Below are positions 15,409 to 23,025 of a stretch of DNA of 24,000 nt, in pieces. Position numbers and translations under genes: made by a program. The stretch is from Lichenihabitans sp. (GTDB lineage Bacteria > Pseudomonadota > Alphaproteobacteria > Rhizobiales > Beijerinckiaceae), in the NCBI GenBank assembly GCA_965277635.1, contig CBDIDE010000002.1:2451886-2475885 (forward strand), in the 5' to 3' direction. The notes under the pieces are model-generated. The model saw nothing but the letters and a program-made list of their open reading frames with translations. It ran no database searches and had not been told where the DNA came from. Numbering within the stretch: position 1 is the first letter of the stretch; every line of letters starts with the position of its first letter.

Positions 15409-16875
15409 CGGCCCCCGGTCCGCTGCGGCGAGCGCCTCGGCCCGCAGGGCCTCGGGAAGCCGCTGGTCAATGAACTTGCGCTTGCCCCGCACCGTGGTGG
15501 GAAGGCTGTCGACGATCTCGATCGCGAGCGTGATCTCGCCGCGGGCCTTGGCGTTGGCGCGGGCCAGATAGGCGCCGAAGTCGGGAACCGGGCCGCTGCG
15601 CGGAACCACGCGCAGCGTCACCGCGCCCGGCGTATCCTGGACGAACTGGAACTCGCCCACGCCGAGGATCTCCTCGTCGACCTGAAGCATGCCGGAGAGC
15701 GGCATCAGGATGCCGGATCGGCCGATCAGATATTCATGCCCGTGTCGGGGGACGATCCGCCGCACTTGCAGCCGCGCCCCGTTCGCGCGGGAGGGGAGTG
15801 CCACGAGGTCCGCCTCGTCGCCGGTCTCGTAGCGGATCAGGGGCATGCCGGGAAACAGCAGGCCGGTCGACACGATCCGGCCCCGCTCTCCCTCCCGCAC
15901 GACGGCCCGGCCTTGGATGTCGACGAGCTCGGTATAGCCGTAGAGCGGATCGAACTCGTAGACGTCGGGCGCGCCCTCGACCTCGGTCGCGAAGGCGACC
16001 TTCTCGCTGAGGCCGTAGGTCGGCGCCAGGATCGCCGCCGGGAACGCCCGCTCGATCGACCTCCGCAGATGCGCCGGCAGCCGTTCGGACGTCGGCAGCA
16101 CGCCGGCGATCGTGTCGAGCGGGCCGCAGCTCCGCAGCACATGGTCGGCGAAGATGGCGAGGGCCGACGGATAGCCGTGCAGATGCGCGATGCGCCGCGC
16201 CTGGATCTCCTGCAGGTACCCCGCCATGACGCTGTCGGACAGGTGGAACACCGAGCAGCGCAGTTCCGCCAACGCCGGCTCGTAGTGCATGTGCGCGGCA
16301 CCGGCCGTCTCCACGCCCCGGAATACCGCGCGGGGCAGTCCCGGCCGGAAGCCCGCCCGTCGCCAGGCGTGATGCACGAAGGCATATTCGATCGGTGCGC
16401 GGCCCCGATCGAGATAGAAGCGGACCGGGCGGCCGGAGCTGCCGCCCGTCAGGCCGATGTCGAGCCGCTCGGCCGGTACCGTGCAGAAGCGCTCGCCGCC
16501 GGTGACCACCTCGTCCCCGGTCAGCACCGGGACCTCGGCCCAGCGGGCCAGCAGCGCGTCGGCGTCGCGCGGTCCTTCGCGGCCGAAGACCGGCGCCAGC
16601 CTGTCGCGGTGGCCGGGGCTTGCCGAGATGGCGAGACGCACCACGTCGAGCAGCCGTCCGGCCTGGATCGCGGCGGCCTTTGCGGGCTCGGCTTCGGCCG
16701 CCTCGATGCGCCGTCGCCACGCCCGGTAGGTGCGGCCGTAGCGCGCCGATACCGGCACGAAGCGAAGCAGCGCACCGAGCCGCCGGCGCATCGGCAGCGG
16801 CAGCTGCGCATAGGCGCCGCGAGCGACGTCGAGGGGCCTCGAGGCTTTTCCGAAGGGCGAGGGGACGATGTTCAT
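15403..16875 (-). CDS. CapK / phenylacetate-CoA-ligase-like adenylate-forming enzyme (COG1541 family)
   Basis: ORF 15403..16911. The start is probably ATG 16875 (MNIVPSPFGK...), with GTG 16911 as the alternative. It has the P-loop-like motif GLTGGSSGRPVRFY, YPSALAIFA, PLIRYETGDEA and the C-terminal Lys region TTVRGKRKFI, all typical of the PaaK/CapK subgroup. Confidence 0.82.
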   Translation of the reverse strand: MNIVPSPFGKASRPLDVARGAYAQLPLPMRRRLGALLRFVPVSARYGRTYRAWRRRIEAAEAEPAKAAAIQAGRLLDVVRLAISASPGHRDRLAPVFGREGPRDADALLARWAEVPVLTGDEVVTGGERFCTVPAERLDIGLTGGSSGRPVRFYLDRGRAPIEYAFVHHAWRRAGFRPGLPRAVFRGVETAGAAHMHYEPALAELRCSVFHLSDSVMAGYLQEIQARRIAHLHGYPSALAIFADHVLRSCGPLDTIAGVLPTSERLPAHLRRSIERAFPAAILAPTYGLSEKVAFATEVEGAPDVYEFDPLYGYTELVDIQGRAVVREGERGRIVSTGLLFPGMPLIRYETGDEADLVALPSRANGARLQVRRIVPRHGHEYLIGRSGILMPLSGMLQVDEEILGVGEFQFVQDTPGAVTLRVVPRSGPVPDFGAYLARANAKARGEITLAIEIVDSLPTTVRGKRKFIDQRLPEALRAEALAAADRGPS

Positions 16876-16939
16876 GGCTTCACCACGTGCTAACCAGGGG
16901 TCGGGTAGCACTGCCGCCCGATCCCGCCCGGGAAGTCAG
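16876..16939. promoter_or_regulatory. Very short (64 bp) divergent intergenic region with inverted repeat GTGCTA-N13-TAGCAC
   Basis: GTGCTA (16887-16892) and TAGCAC (16906-16911) are perfect reverse complements. A CACGTG palindrome lies at 16884-16889. Both promoters must overlap here or lie inside the neighbouring coding sequence. Confidence 0.3.
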
Positions 16940-18034
16940 ATGCCGACCGATGCATGGCCATCCATTACGCTCTACGTGCCGTCGCTGATGGGCGGCGGGG
17001 CGGAGCGTGCGGCAGCGGTGCTGGCCTCTGGCTTCCACGCGGCCGGCCATAGGGTCCGGCTTCTGGTCGACGTCGCGGAGGACGGCCGCAACCGGGAGTT
17101 CGTCGATCCCGCGATCCCGGTCACGCGGCTCGGCATGGGGCATGCCGGGTCTCTCTGGGGGCTGGCCCGGGAGCTCCGGAGCGGGACGGCCGGCGTGGTA
17201 CTTGCCTTCGGTGGGGTCGCCAATCTCAAGCTCGTCGCCGCGCAGGCGCTCTCCCGCTCCCGCGTGCCGGTCGTGCTCTCCTTCCACGGCCGCTCGGACG
17301 TCGGCCGGGGCCGCCTCGGGGGGGCGGCGTTCAGGCTCGCACCGGGCCTGACCCGGCGGGCGGCCAGGACGGTCTGCGTCTCCGACGCCCTCGTGCGGCA
17401 TCTCGTCGTGGGCTGGGGCGCCGACGCGACGCGGATATGCTCCATCCCCAATGCCGTGCCGGTCGAGCGGGCCCGCCCGGCGCGCGACGCCGCCGACCTC
17501 GAGGGTCGGCCGGCCCGGATCGTGGCGGTCGGCCGCCTGGTGCCGGAGAAGGACTTCGCCACGCTCGTCCGCGCCCTGTCGCTCCTGCCCCGCGACGTCG
17601 CCCTGACGATCCTCGGGGAGGGGCCGGAGCGTGGCGCGCTCGAGACCCTCGCGGTTGCGCTCGGCGTCGAAGACCGGGTGGCCTTGCCGGGCTACGTGTC
17701 CGAACCGTGGGACGGTTATGCCGAGGCGCGGGTTTTCGCCCTGAGCTCGCGAAGCGAAGGGTTTGGCAATGTCGTCGCCGAGGCTTTGGCCTCCGGCCTG
17801 CCGGTGGTCGCGACCGATTGCGGCGGCCCGCGCGAGATCCTGGGCGACGGCCGGTGGGGCGCCCTGGTTCCGGTCGGCGATCCCGCCGCGATGGCCGCGG
17901 CGCTGGCAGCCGCGCTCGCGGCACCGGGCGACCCGGAGCCGCGGCGCACCCGGGCGGCGCGCTACCGTCCGGAGCGGATCGTCGAGGATTACCTCGCCTT
18001 GTTCCGGTCGCTCGGCCCCGAGCGCGGGCGCTGA
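16940..18034 (+). CDS. Glycosyltransferase family 4 (GT-B)
   Basis: ORF 16868..18034. The likely start is ATG 16940 (MPTDAWPSITLYVPSLMGGGAERAAAVLASG...). The EX7E region is FALSSRSEGFGNVVAEALASGLPVVATDCGGPREIL. Confidence 0.88.
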   Translation: MPTDAWPSITLYVPSLMGGGAERAAAVLASGFHAAGHRVRLLVDVAEDGRNREFVDPAIPVTRLGMGHAGSLWGLARELRSGTAGVVLAFGGVANLKLVAAQALSRSRVPVVLSFHGRSDVGRGRLGGAAFRLAPGLTRRAARTVCVSDALVRHLVVGWGADATRICSIPNAVPVERARPARDAADLEGRPARIVAVGRLVPEKDFATLVRALSLLPRDVALTILGEGPERGALETLAVALGVEDRVALPGYVSEPWDGYAEARVFALSSRSEGFGNVVAEALASGLPVVATDCGGPREILGDGRWGALVPVGDPAAMAAALAAALAAPGDPEPRRTRAARYRPERIVEDYLALFRSLGPERGR

Positions 18035-18039
18035 GCGGT

Positions 18040-19563
18040 TCATCGCACCGCCTCGGTGCCGGCTGTACGCAGCCATGGACGCCGGCCGGCGGGGCCGGCG
18101 TGGAGCAGCCAGGGCGTCTCCAGGCTGGCGCGGATCGATACGCCGAGCAGCGTGAGCAGGCCCGCATAGACGGCCGTATAGGTCAGCGCGCAGCCGATCA
18201 GCACCGGCAGGTTGCCGAGCGGGCTCAGCAGGGCGCGCGCCGCCAGAAGGGCTGCCGCGGCGCAGAGATTTGCGCCGACGAGGCGCCCCAGCGCGCGCCA
18301 GGGCATCGGCACGGGCAGCACGCGGCGGGTGACCATCATCGTGGTCAGCAGCGACAGCACGGCCGCGACGCAATAGCCGATTCCGGCCCCCGCCATGCCG
18401 TAGCGGGGGATGAGCAGCATGATCAGCGTTACGTTGAGGATTGCGGCCGGCAGCATGCACGGAGGCTGCAGCCACGTCCGCTTCGACACGTGGAAGGCAT
18501 TGTCGAAGACATAGAGCTTGATTGCCAGCACGAGGGTGCCGACCGCCATCCAGGGCACCATCGAGGCGCCCTCGGCGCGGTAATCCATCGGCAGGGCCAC
18601 CGCGAGCAGCGGCACGGTCAGGAAGGACAGGCCGGCCGTGATGGCGATGCCGATCATGACCTGGGTGGCGAGGAGCCCGGCCTGGACCCGGCTCGCCGCG
18701 GCGCTCCCGTCCCGTTCATAGGTGCTGATCAGGTGCGGGAAGGCGTAATTGTTGACCGGCGCGAGGAACAGCTCGATCGGCTGGCGGGCGAGCGCGTAGA
18801 TCGCGGCGAAGACGGCGACGCCGTGCGGGCCGATCAGCACGTCGACCACGTAGCGGTCGAGCCAACCGAGGCTGTAGCCGAGCGCACTCGACAGGATGAT
18901 CGGCAGCCCGTACATCAGGCAAGCGAGGTAGCCGCGGCGAGCACGGCGCGGCCGCTCCACGCCGTGCAGCGCGATGAGGAGGCCGAGCGTGCCGGAGAGC
19001 AGCGTCGCCCCGGCGAGGCCGAGCGCCACCGGCAGGAACTGCGGCCCGATGAGCACGGCCGCGCCCGTCGCCGCCGCGAGCGTCCCGCCCGCCCGCAGCG
19101 CCTCGACGGCCGCATAGGCGGTGTGCTTGCGCTGGATCTGCAGCAGCGTCAGGCCGAGCCGGTGCGGCGCGAAGGCCAGCAGATAGGCGGCGACGCCGAG
19201 CGTGAAGGGCCCTGCGCCTCCGCGCCCGATCGTGGCGAGGCAGGCCAGGAGCAGCGCCGCAGCCGTCATCGCGACGGTCAGCGCGATCAGTCGCCCGAGC
19301 CGCCGCGGCCGCACGAGGGGGCATTTTCCCTCGCTGCGCAACGCCAAGATGCGCACCCAATTGCCGAGCCCCATGTCGAGGATCTCGCCCGTGGTGACGA
19401 CCAGCACGAAGCTGCCGTATTCGGCGATGGGCATGAGGTGCGTCAGCACCAGCATCAGCACGAACATCAGCGCGCGGGGCGCGAGATTCGCGGCGAAATA
19501 GAGGACGTAGGTGGTGCGTTGCAAGGTCAGGCGCGCCCGTGCCGGGAGAGGCCCCGGGTCCAC
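18040..19563 (-). CDS. Wzx-like oligosaccharide flippase (MOP/polysaccharide biosynthesis protein family)
   Basis: This is a polytopic membrane protein: ...TYVLYFAANLAPRALMFVLMLVLTHLMPIAEYGSFVLVV...YAFPHLISTYERDG..., with about 12 or more hydrophobic segments. The start is uncertain. GTG 19563 overlaps the upstream gene by 37 nt, and TTG 19524 lies 2 nt after the upstream stop. The track's start at 19680 is unlikely. Confidence 0.8.
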   Translation of the reverse strand: MDPGPLPARARLTLQRTTYVLYFAANLAPRALMFVLMLVLTHLMPIAEYGSFVLVVTTGEILDMGLGNWVRILALRSEGKCPLVRPRRLGRLIALTVAMTAAALLLACLATIGRGGAGPFTLGVAAYLLAFAPHRLGLTLLQIQRKHTAYAAVEALRAGGTLAAATGAAVLIGPQFLPVALGLAGATLLSGTLGLLIALHGVERPRRARRGYLACLMYGLPIILSSALGYSLGWLDRYVVDVLIGPHGVAVFAAIYALARQPIELFLAPVNNYAFPHLISTYERDGSAAASRVQAGLLATQVMIGIAITAGLSFLTVPLLAVALPMDYRAEGASMVPWMAVGTLVLAIKLYVFDNAFHVSKRTWLQPPCMLPAAILNVTLIMLLIPRYGMAGAGIGYCVAAVLSLLTTMMVTRRVLPVPMPWRALGRLVGANLCAAAALLAARALLSPLGNLPVLIGCALTYTAVYAGLLTLLGVSIRASLETPWLLHAGPAGRRPWLRTAGTEAVR

Positions 19564-20309
19564 GCCGCCCTGGCGATGCGCCGGAGCACATCGGCGGCGA
19601 CGAACCCCGCGAAGGCGGCGTTGGTCAGGATGTAGCGGCCGGCGAGCCGCCGAGGTTCTTGGAGCAGGCGGTAGAGCCATTCGGCGCCGAGCCGCTGTAC
19701 CAGAGGCGGCGCCCGCCGGAGGCGCCCGGCCAGCACGTCGAAGGACCCGCCGACGCCCATGACGAAAGGCACGCCCAGACTGTCGCGGTGGTGCGCCATG
19801 AACCGTTCCTTGGCCGGCGTCGGCAAGGCTATGAACAGGCCATGGGCTCGGCTGGCGCGGATGAGGTCGCAGACCTGTCCTTCCTCTTCGCCAGGCTTGA
19901 AGTAGCCGTGGTGATGCCCGGCCAGCGCGAGGCCGGGGTGGCGGGCCTCCAGGCGCCGGGCGACCTCGGCCACGACGTCGGGCGCGGCGCCGAGCAGGAA
20001 GGGGCGCAGGCCCTCGGCCGCGCAGGCCGCGATGAGACTCTCGAACAGGTCGATGCCGGCCACGCGCTCGGGCCGGGGCTGGCCCTGCAGGGCCAGGGCC
20101 AGAGCGATGCCGGCGCCGTCGATGCCCACGATGTCGCTACCGCGGATGTCGCGGTCGAGGTCGGGGTCCCGCCGGGCGTTGACGAGCTTGGCGACGTTCA
20201 GCGCGACGTGCTGGCAGCGCTCGCCCCGCCGCATGGCCGACATGGCCCGCTCGACGGTCTGCGCATGGGTTAGGCAATCGACTGGAACGGAGAACAAGGT
20301 GGTACGCAT
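19527..20309 (-). CDS. WecB/TagA/CpsF-family (GT26) glycosyltransferase, WecG/TagA-like
   Basis: The true start is ATG 20309 (MRTTLFSVPVDCLTHAQTVERAM...), with GGAGG 9 nt upstream, giving 260 aa. The remainder is typical of GT26: ...HVALNVAKLV...IVGIDGAGI...FLLGAAPDVV...GHHHGYF...LFIALPTPAKERFM...MGVGGSFDVLAG...AP...GAEWLYRLLQEPRRL. The 529-aa track ORF is an upstream run-on through wecC. Confidence 0.85.
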   Translation of the reverse strand: MRTTLFSVPVDCLTHAQTVERAMSAMRRGERCQHVALNVAKLVNARRDPDLDRDIRGSDIVGIDGAGIALALALQGQPRPERVAGIDLFESLIAACAAEGLRPFLLGAAPDVVAEVARRLEARHPGLALAGHHHGYFKPGEEEGQVCDLIRASRAHGLFIALPTPAKERFMAHHRDSLGVPFVMGVGGSFDVLAGRLRRAPPLVQRLGAEWLYRLLQEPRRLAGRYILTNAAFAGFVAADVLRRIARAAWTRGLSRHGRA

Positions 20310-20329
20310 CGCGCCGGACCTCCAGCTTC

Positions 20330-21589
20330 TCAGGCGGCTTCGGCGAAGAGGCCGACGACGTCGACCAGGACCTTGGCGTCGAGCGCCGCCCGGTCGAGCA
20401 GCCTGAAGCGGTCGTGCGCGACCAGCACCACGACGATATCGGCCCGGCCGACGGCTTCCTCGGCCGTGACGAAAGTCATGCCCTCGATCCCCGAGAGCGT
20501 GGCCGGGAGGCTGTCGAGGTGTGGCTCGGCCACCAGCAGCGTCCCGAGGGCGCGTTCGGCGAGCAGGCGGGCGATGCGCAGCGCCGGGCTCTCGCGCAGG
20601 TCGTCGACATTGGGCTTGTAGGTCAGGCCGAGGACCGCGATGGTCGGCGTGCGGAAACGGGCCGCGATCGTGGCGAGCCGGTCGGCGATGAAGTCGGGCT
20701 TGTGATCGTTCACCTCCCGCGCGGTCCTGATCAGCGGCGTGTGGTTGGGCAGCGCCGCATGGATGAACCAGGGATCGACCGGGATGCAGTGGCCGCCGAC
20801 ACCCGGCCCGGGCGACAGGATCTGCACGCGCGGATGCATGTTGGCGAGCCGGATCACCGACCACACGTCGAGATCGAAAGCGTCGCAGACGAGCGACAGC
20901 TCGTTGGCGAAGGCGACGTTGACGTCGCGATAGGCATTTTCGACCAGCTTGGCGAGCTCGGCGGTCGCGGCGGAGGTGAGGCGCGCCGGACCGGTGGCGA
21001 AGACGCCGTAGAGCCGTTGGGCCGCCTCGGCGCTGCGGTGGTCGAGGCCGCCGTAGCTGCGCGCATTCTCGACGAGCTCGCGCAGCGTATGGCCCGGCAG
21101 CACCCGCTCCGGGCAATAGGCCACGAGGATGTCGGAGGTTTCGGGCGCCGTATCCGGGAAGCTGAGGTCGGGACGCAGCGCCGCGAGCTGACGCGCCACC
21201 GCCGCCGTGGTGCCGACGGGGGAGGTGGAGGAAAGGACAATGAGGTCGCCGCGCTTGAGCAGCGGGGCGAGCGACCCGAATGCCGATCGCACCGCCCGGA
21301 GATCGGCGGTGCGGTCGGCCTTGATCGGCGTCGGCACACAGATGACGAAGGCGTCGGCAGGTTCGGGGACCGTGGTGGCGCGCAGGTGCCCCGAGACGAC
21401 CACGCTACGCAGCATGGCGTCGAGATCGGGCTCGGCGAAATGCGGCTGGCCTCGGGCGATCCGGTCGACGGCATCCGCCTTGACGTCGACGCCGATCACG
21501 TGGAGCCCTCGCGACGCGAACGTGGCGGCGGTCGGAAGGCCGACATAGCCGAGGCCGACGACCGAGATGGTGTGAAACGCTTGCGTCAT
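20330..21589 (-). CDS. wecC: UDP-N-acetyl-D-mannosamine dehydrogenase (makes UDP-ManNAcA)
   Basis: The 419-aa ORF has the N-terminal Rossmann motif ISVVGLGYVGLPTAATFA. It also has AELAKLVENAYRDVNVAFANE, the catalytic Cys context PGPGVGGHCIPVDPWF and GLTYKPNVDDLRESPA. These are typical of the WecC/Cap5O branch of UDP-sugar 6-dehydrogenases. Confidence 0.88.
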   Translation of the reverse strand: MTQAFHTISVVGLGYVGLPTAATFASRGLHVIGVDVKADAVDRIARGQPHFAEPDLDAMLRSVVVSGHLRATTVPEPADAFVICVPTPIKADRTADLRAVRSAFGSLAPLLKRGDLIVLSSTSPVGTTAAVARQLAALRPDLSFPDTAPETSDILVAYCPERVLPGHTLRELVENARSYGGLDHRSAEAAQRLYGVFATGPARLTSAATAELAKLVENAYRDVNVAFANELSLVCDAFDLDVWSVIRLANMHPRVQILSPGPGVGGHCIPVDPWFIHAALPNHTPLIRTAREVNDHKPDFIADRLATIAARFRTPTIAVLGLTYKPNVDDLRESPALRIARLLAERALGTLLVAEPHLDSLPATLSGIEGMTFVTAEEAVGRADIVVVLVAHDRFRLLDRAALDAKVLVDVVGLFAEAA

Positions 21590-21643
21590 GATTCTTCGCC
21601 TCGGGCGGAATGGGTCGCGAATGGCAGGGTTCGGTGCGGTTTC

Positions 21644-22840
21644 TCAGGCGAAGCCCGGCATGGGTGCCCGGGCGTCGAAGGCGGGCACAAGCGGGCGATA
21701 GGCCTGGCGCGGCTTGCGTCGGCGTGCCGGGGCGAGGAGATCGGCCACGATCCGCTCGGCCGCGAAACCGTCGCCGAACGGGCTGGCGCCGGTCGCCATG
21801 GCCGTGTAGGCGGCAGGATCGCGCAGCAGGTGCAGGGCCTCCCGCTCGATCGCCGTCGCACCGGTGCCGACGAGCCGGGCGACGCCGGCCTCGACGGCCT
21901 CCAGGCGTTCGCTTTCGTCGCGCATCACCAGCACAGGCTTGCGCAGGAAGGGCGCCTCTTCCTGCACACCGCCGGAATCGGTCAGGATCATGTGGGCGCG
22001 GGTCATCAGGTAGACGAAGTCGGGATAGTCGAGCGGGTCGATCAGTCGCACGTTGGCTATTCCTGCGAGGTGTTCCGTCACCGGGCGGCGGACATTGGGG
22101 TTGAGGTGGACCGGATAGACGATCTGCACGTCCGGCTCCTCGGCCAGCGCTGTGAGGGCGCGGCAGATCTGGTCGAGGCCGGCGCCGAAGCTTTCGCGCC
22201 GATGGCCCGTCACGAGCACGATCCGGGCGCGCCGGTCGAGCCATCCGTAGCGCGCCTCGAGGGACCGGCGGAGCGGGCCGGGCGTCGCCAGGCGTTCGGC
22301 CATGTGCTTGAGGCTGTCGATCCCCGTGTTGCCGGTCAGGACGACGTCGCCGGCGGCGTGGCCCTCGGCCAAGAGAGCTTTGCGGGCGCGACGGGTGGGC
22401 GCATAGTGCCGGCTCGCGACGATGGCGGTCATCCGCCGGTTGGCCTCCTCGGGCCAGGGGCTCATGGTATTGCCGGTGCGCAGGCCCGCCTCGATATGGC
22501 CGACCGCCACCTGCCGGAAGAAGGCCGCCACGGCCGCCGCCGTGCTGGTGGCCGTGTCGCCCTGGACGAGCACGACGTCCGGCTTCCACTCCACCAGTAC
22601 CCGGTCGACGCCGGTCACGATACGGCTGAACAATTCGCCGAGCCCCTGGTCGTGCCGCATGACCTCGAGGTCGTGGTCGGGCCGGATCGCGAAGGTAGAA
22701 AGCATGCCGTCGAGCATGCTCCTGTGCTGGCCGGTGACGCAGACGCGTGACTGAACGTCCGGGGTCCGCTCGAGCAGCGACACGACGGGTGCCATCTTGA
22801 TGACTTCGGGCCTCGTCCCGAAGACGGAGAGTATTCGCAT
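21644..22840 (-). CDS. wecB: UDP-N-acetylglucosamine 2-epimerase (non-hydrolysing)
   Basis: The 398-aa ORF reads MRILSVFGTRPEVIKMAPV...VCVTGQHRSMLD...VLVQGDTATSTAAAVAAFFRQVAVGHIEAGLRT...PWPEEANRR...ILTDSGGVQEEAPFLRKPVLVMR, a textbook WecB/MnaA motif series. Confidence 0.93.
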   Translation of the reverse strand: MRILSVFGTRPEVIKMAPVVSLLERTPDVQSRVCVTGQHRSMLDGMLSTFAIRPDHDLEVMRHDQGLGELFSRIVTGVDRVLVEWKPDVVLVQGDTATSTAAAVAAFFRQVAVGHIEAGLRTGNTMSPWPEEANRRMTAIVASRHYAPTRRARKALLAEGHAAGDVVLTGNTGIDSLKHMAERLATPGPLRRSLEARYGWLDRRARIVLVTGHRRESFGAGLDQICRALTALAEEPDVQIVYPVHLNPNVRRPVTEHLAGIANVRLIDPLDYPDFVYLMTRAHMILTDSGGVQEEAPFLRKPVLVMRDESERLEAVEAGVARLVGTGATAIEREALHLLRDPAAYTAMATGASPFGDGFAAERIVADLLAPARRRKPRQAYRPLVPAFDARAPMPGFA

Positions 22841-23025
22841 TGAACCATCCCGACCCCCGACGCCATGTCCGGGCTCGCTTCGTTCGGCAAGATCCAGTCC
22901 AGGTGAATTCCTGGCCGGGATGTCGGATTTCGGGACAGCCGAAGGACAGGACCGCCCAAGGCATTGTTAATCCATTAACGATATTCTCCGTTGTTGCACT
23001 CATTTGGAACAGGTCTCGTGGGCTG
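22841..23025. promoter_or_regulatory. Divergent promoter region (wecB operon leftwards, heparinase-like gene rightwards) with AT-rich inverted repeat GTTAAT-cc-ATTAAC
   Basis: A perfect 6-bp inverted repeat at 22965-22978 sits in the AT-rich stretch cattgTTAATccATTAACgatattctccgttgttgcactcatttgg. The flanking DNA is very GC-rich. Confidence 0.4.

Noticed and set aside
17437-19635. A 732-aa plus-strand ORF antisense to the flippase gene (similar case: 16880..18475 minus, 531 aa, antisense to GT4)
   Set aside because: Its composition is Arg/Gly/Pro/Ala-rich nonsense (RRRRPRGSAGPDRGGRPPGAGEG...). The opposite-strand frames encode coherent membrane and GT-B proteins. This is a high-GC artefact.
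19527-21116. The 529-aa ORF taken as a long WecG-like protein
   Set aside because: The GT26-like sequence begins at ATG 20309, which has a GGAGG RBS just after the wecC stop. The upstream part overlaps wecC out of frame and is Arg/Pro-rich.
20414-22750. A 778-aa plus-strand ORF spanning the wecC-wecB region
   Set aside because: It lies antisense to two genes with textbook motifs and strong third-position GC bias, and it even crosses their intergenic gap. Its translation is low-complexity and Arg/Gly/Asp/Pro-rich (e.g. RRGADGGGGGKDNE) with no recognisable domain. This is the typical stop-codon-poor antisense frame of ~70% GC DNA.
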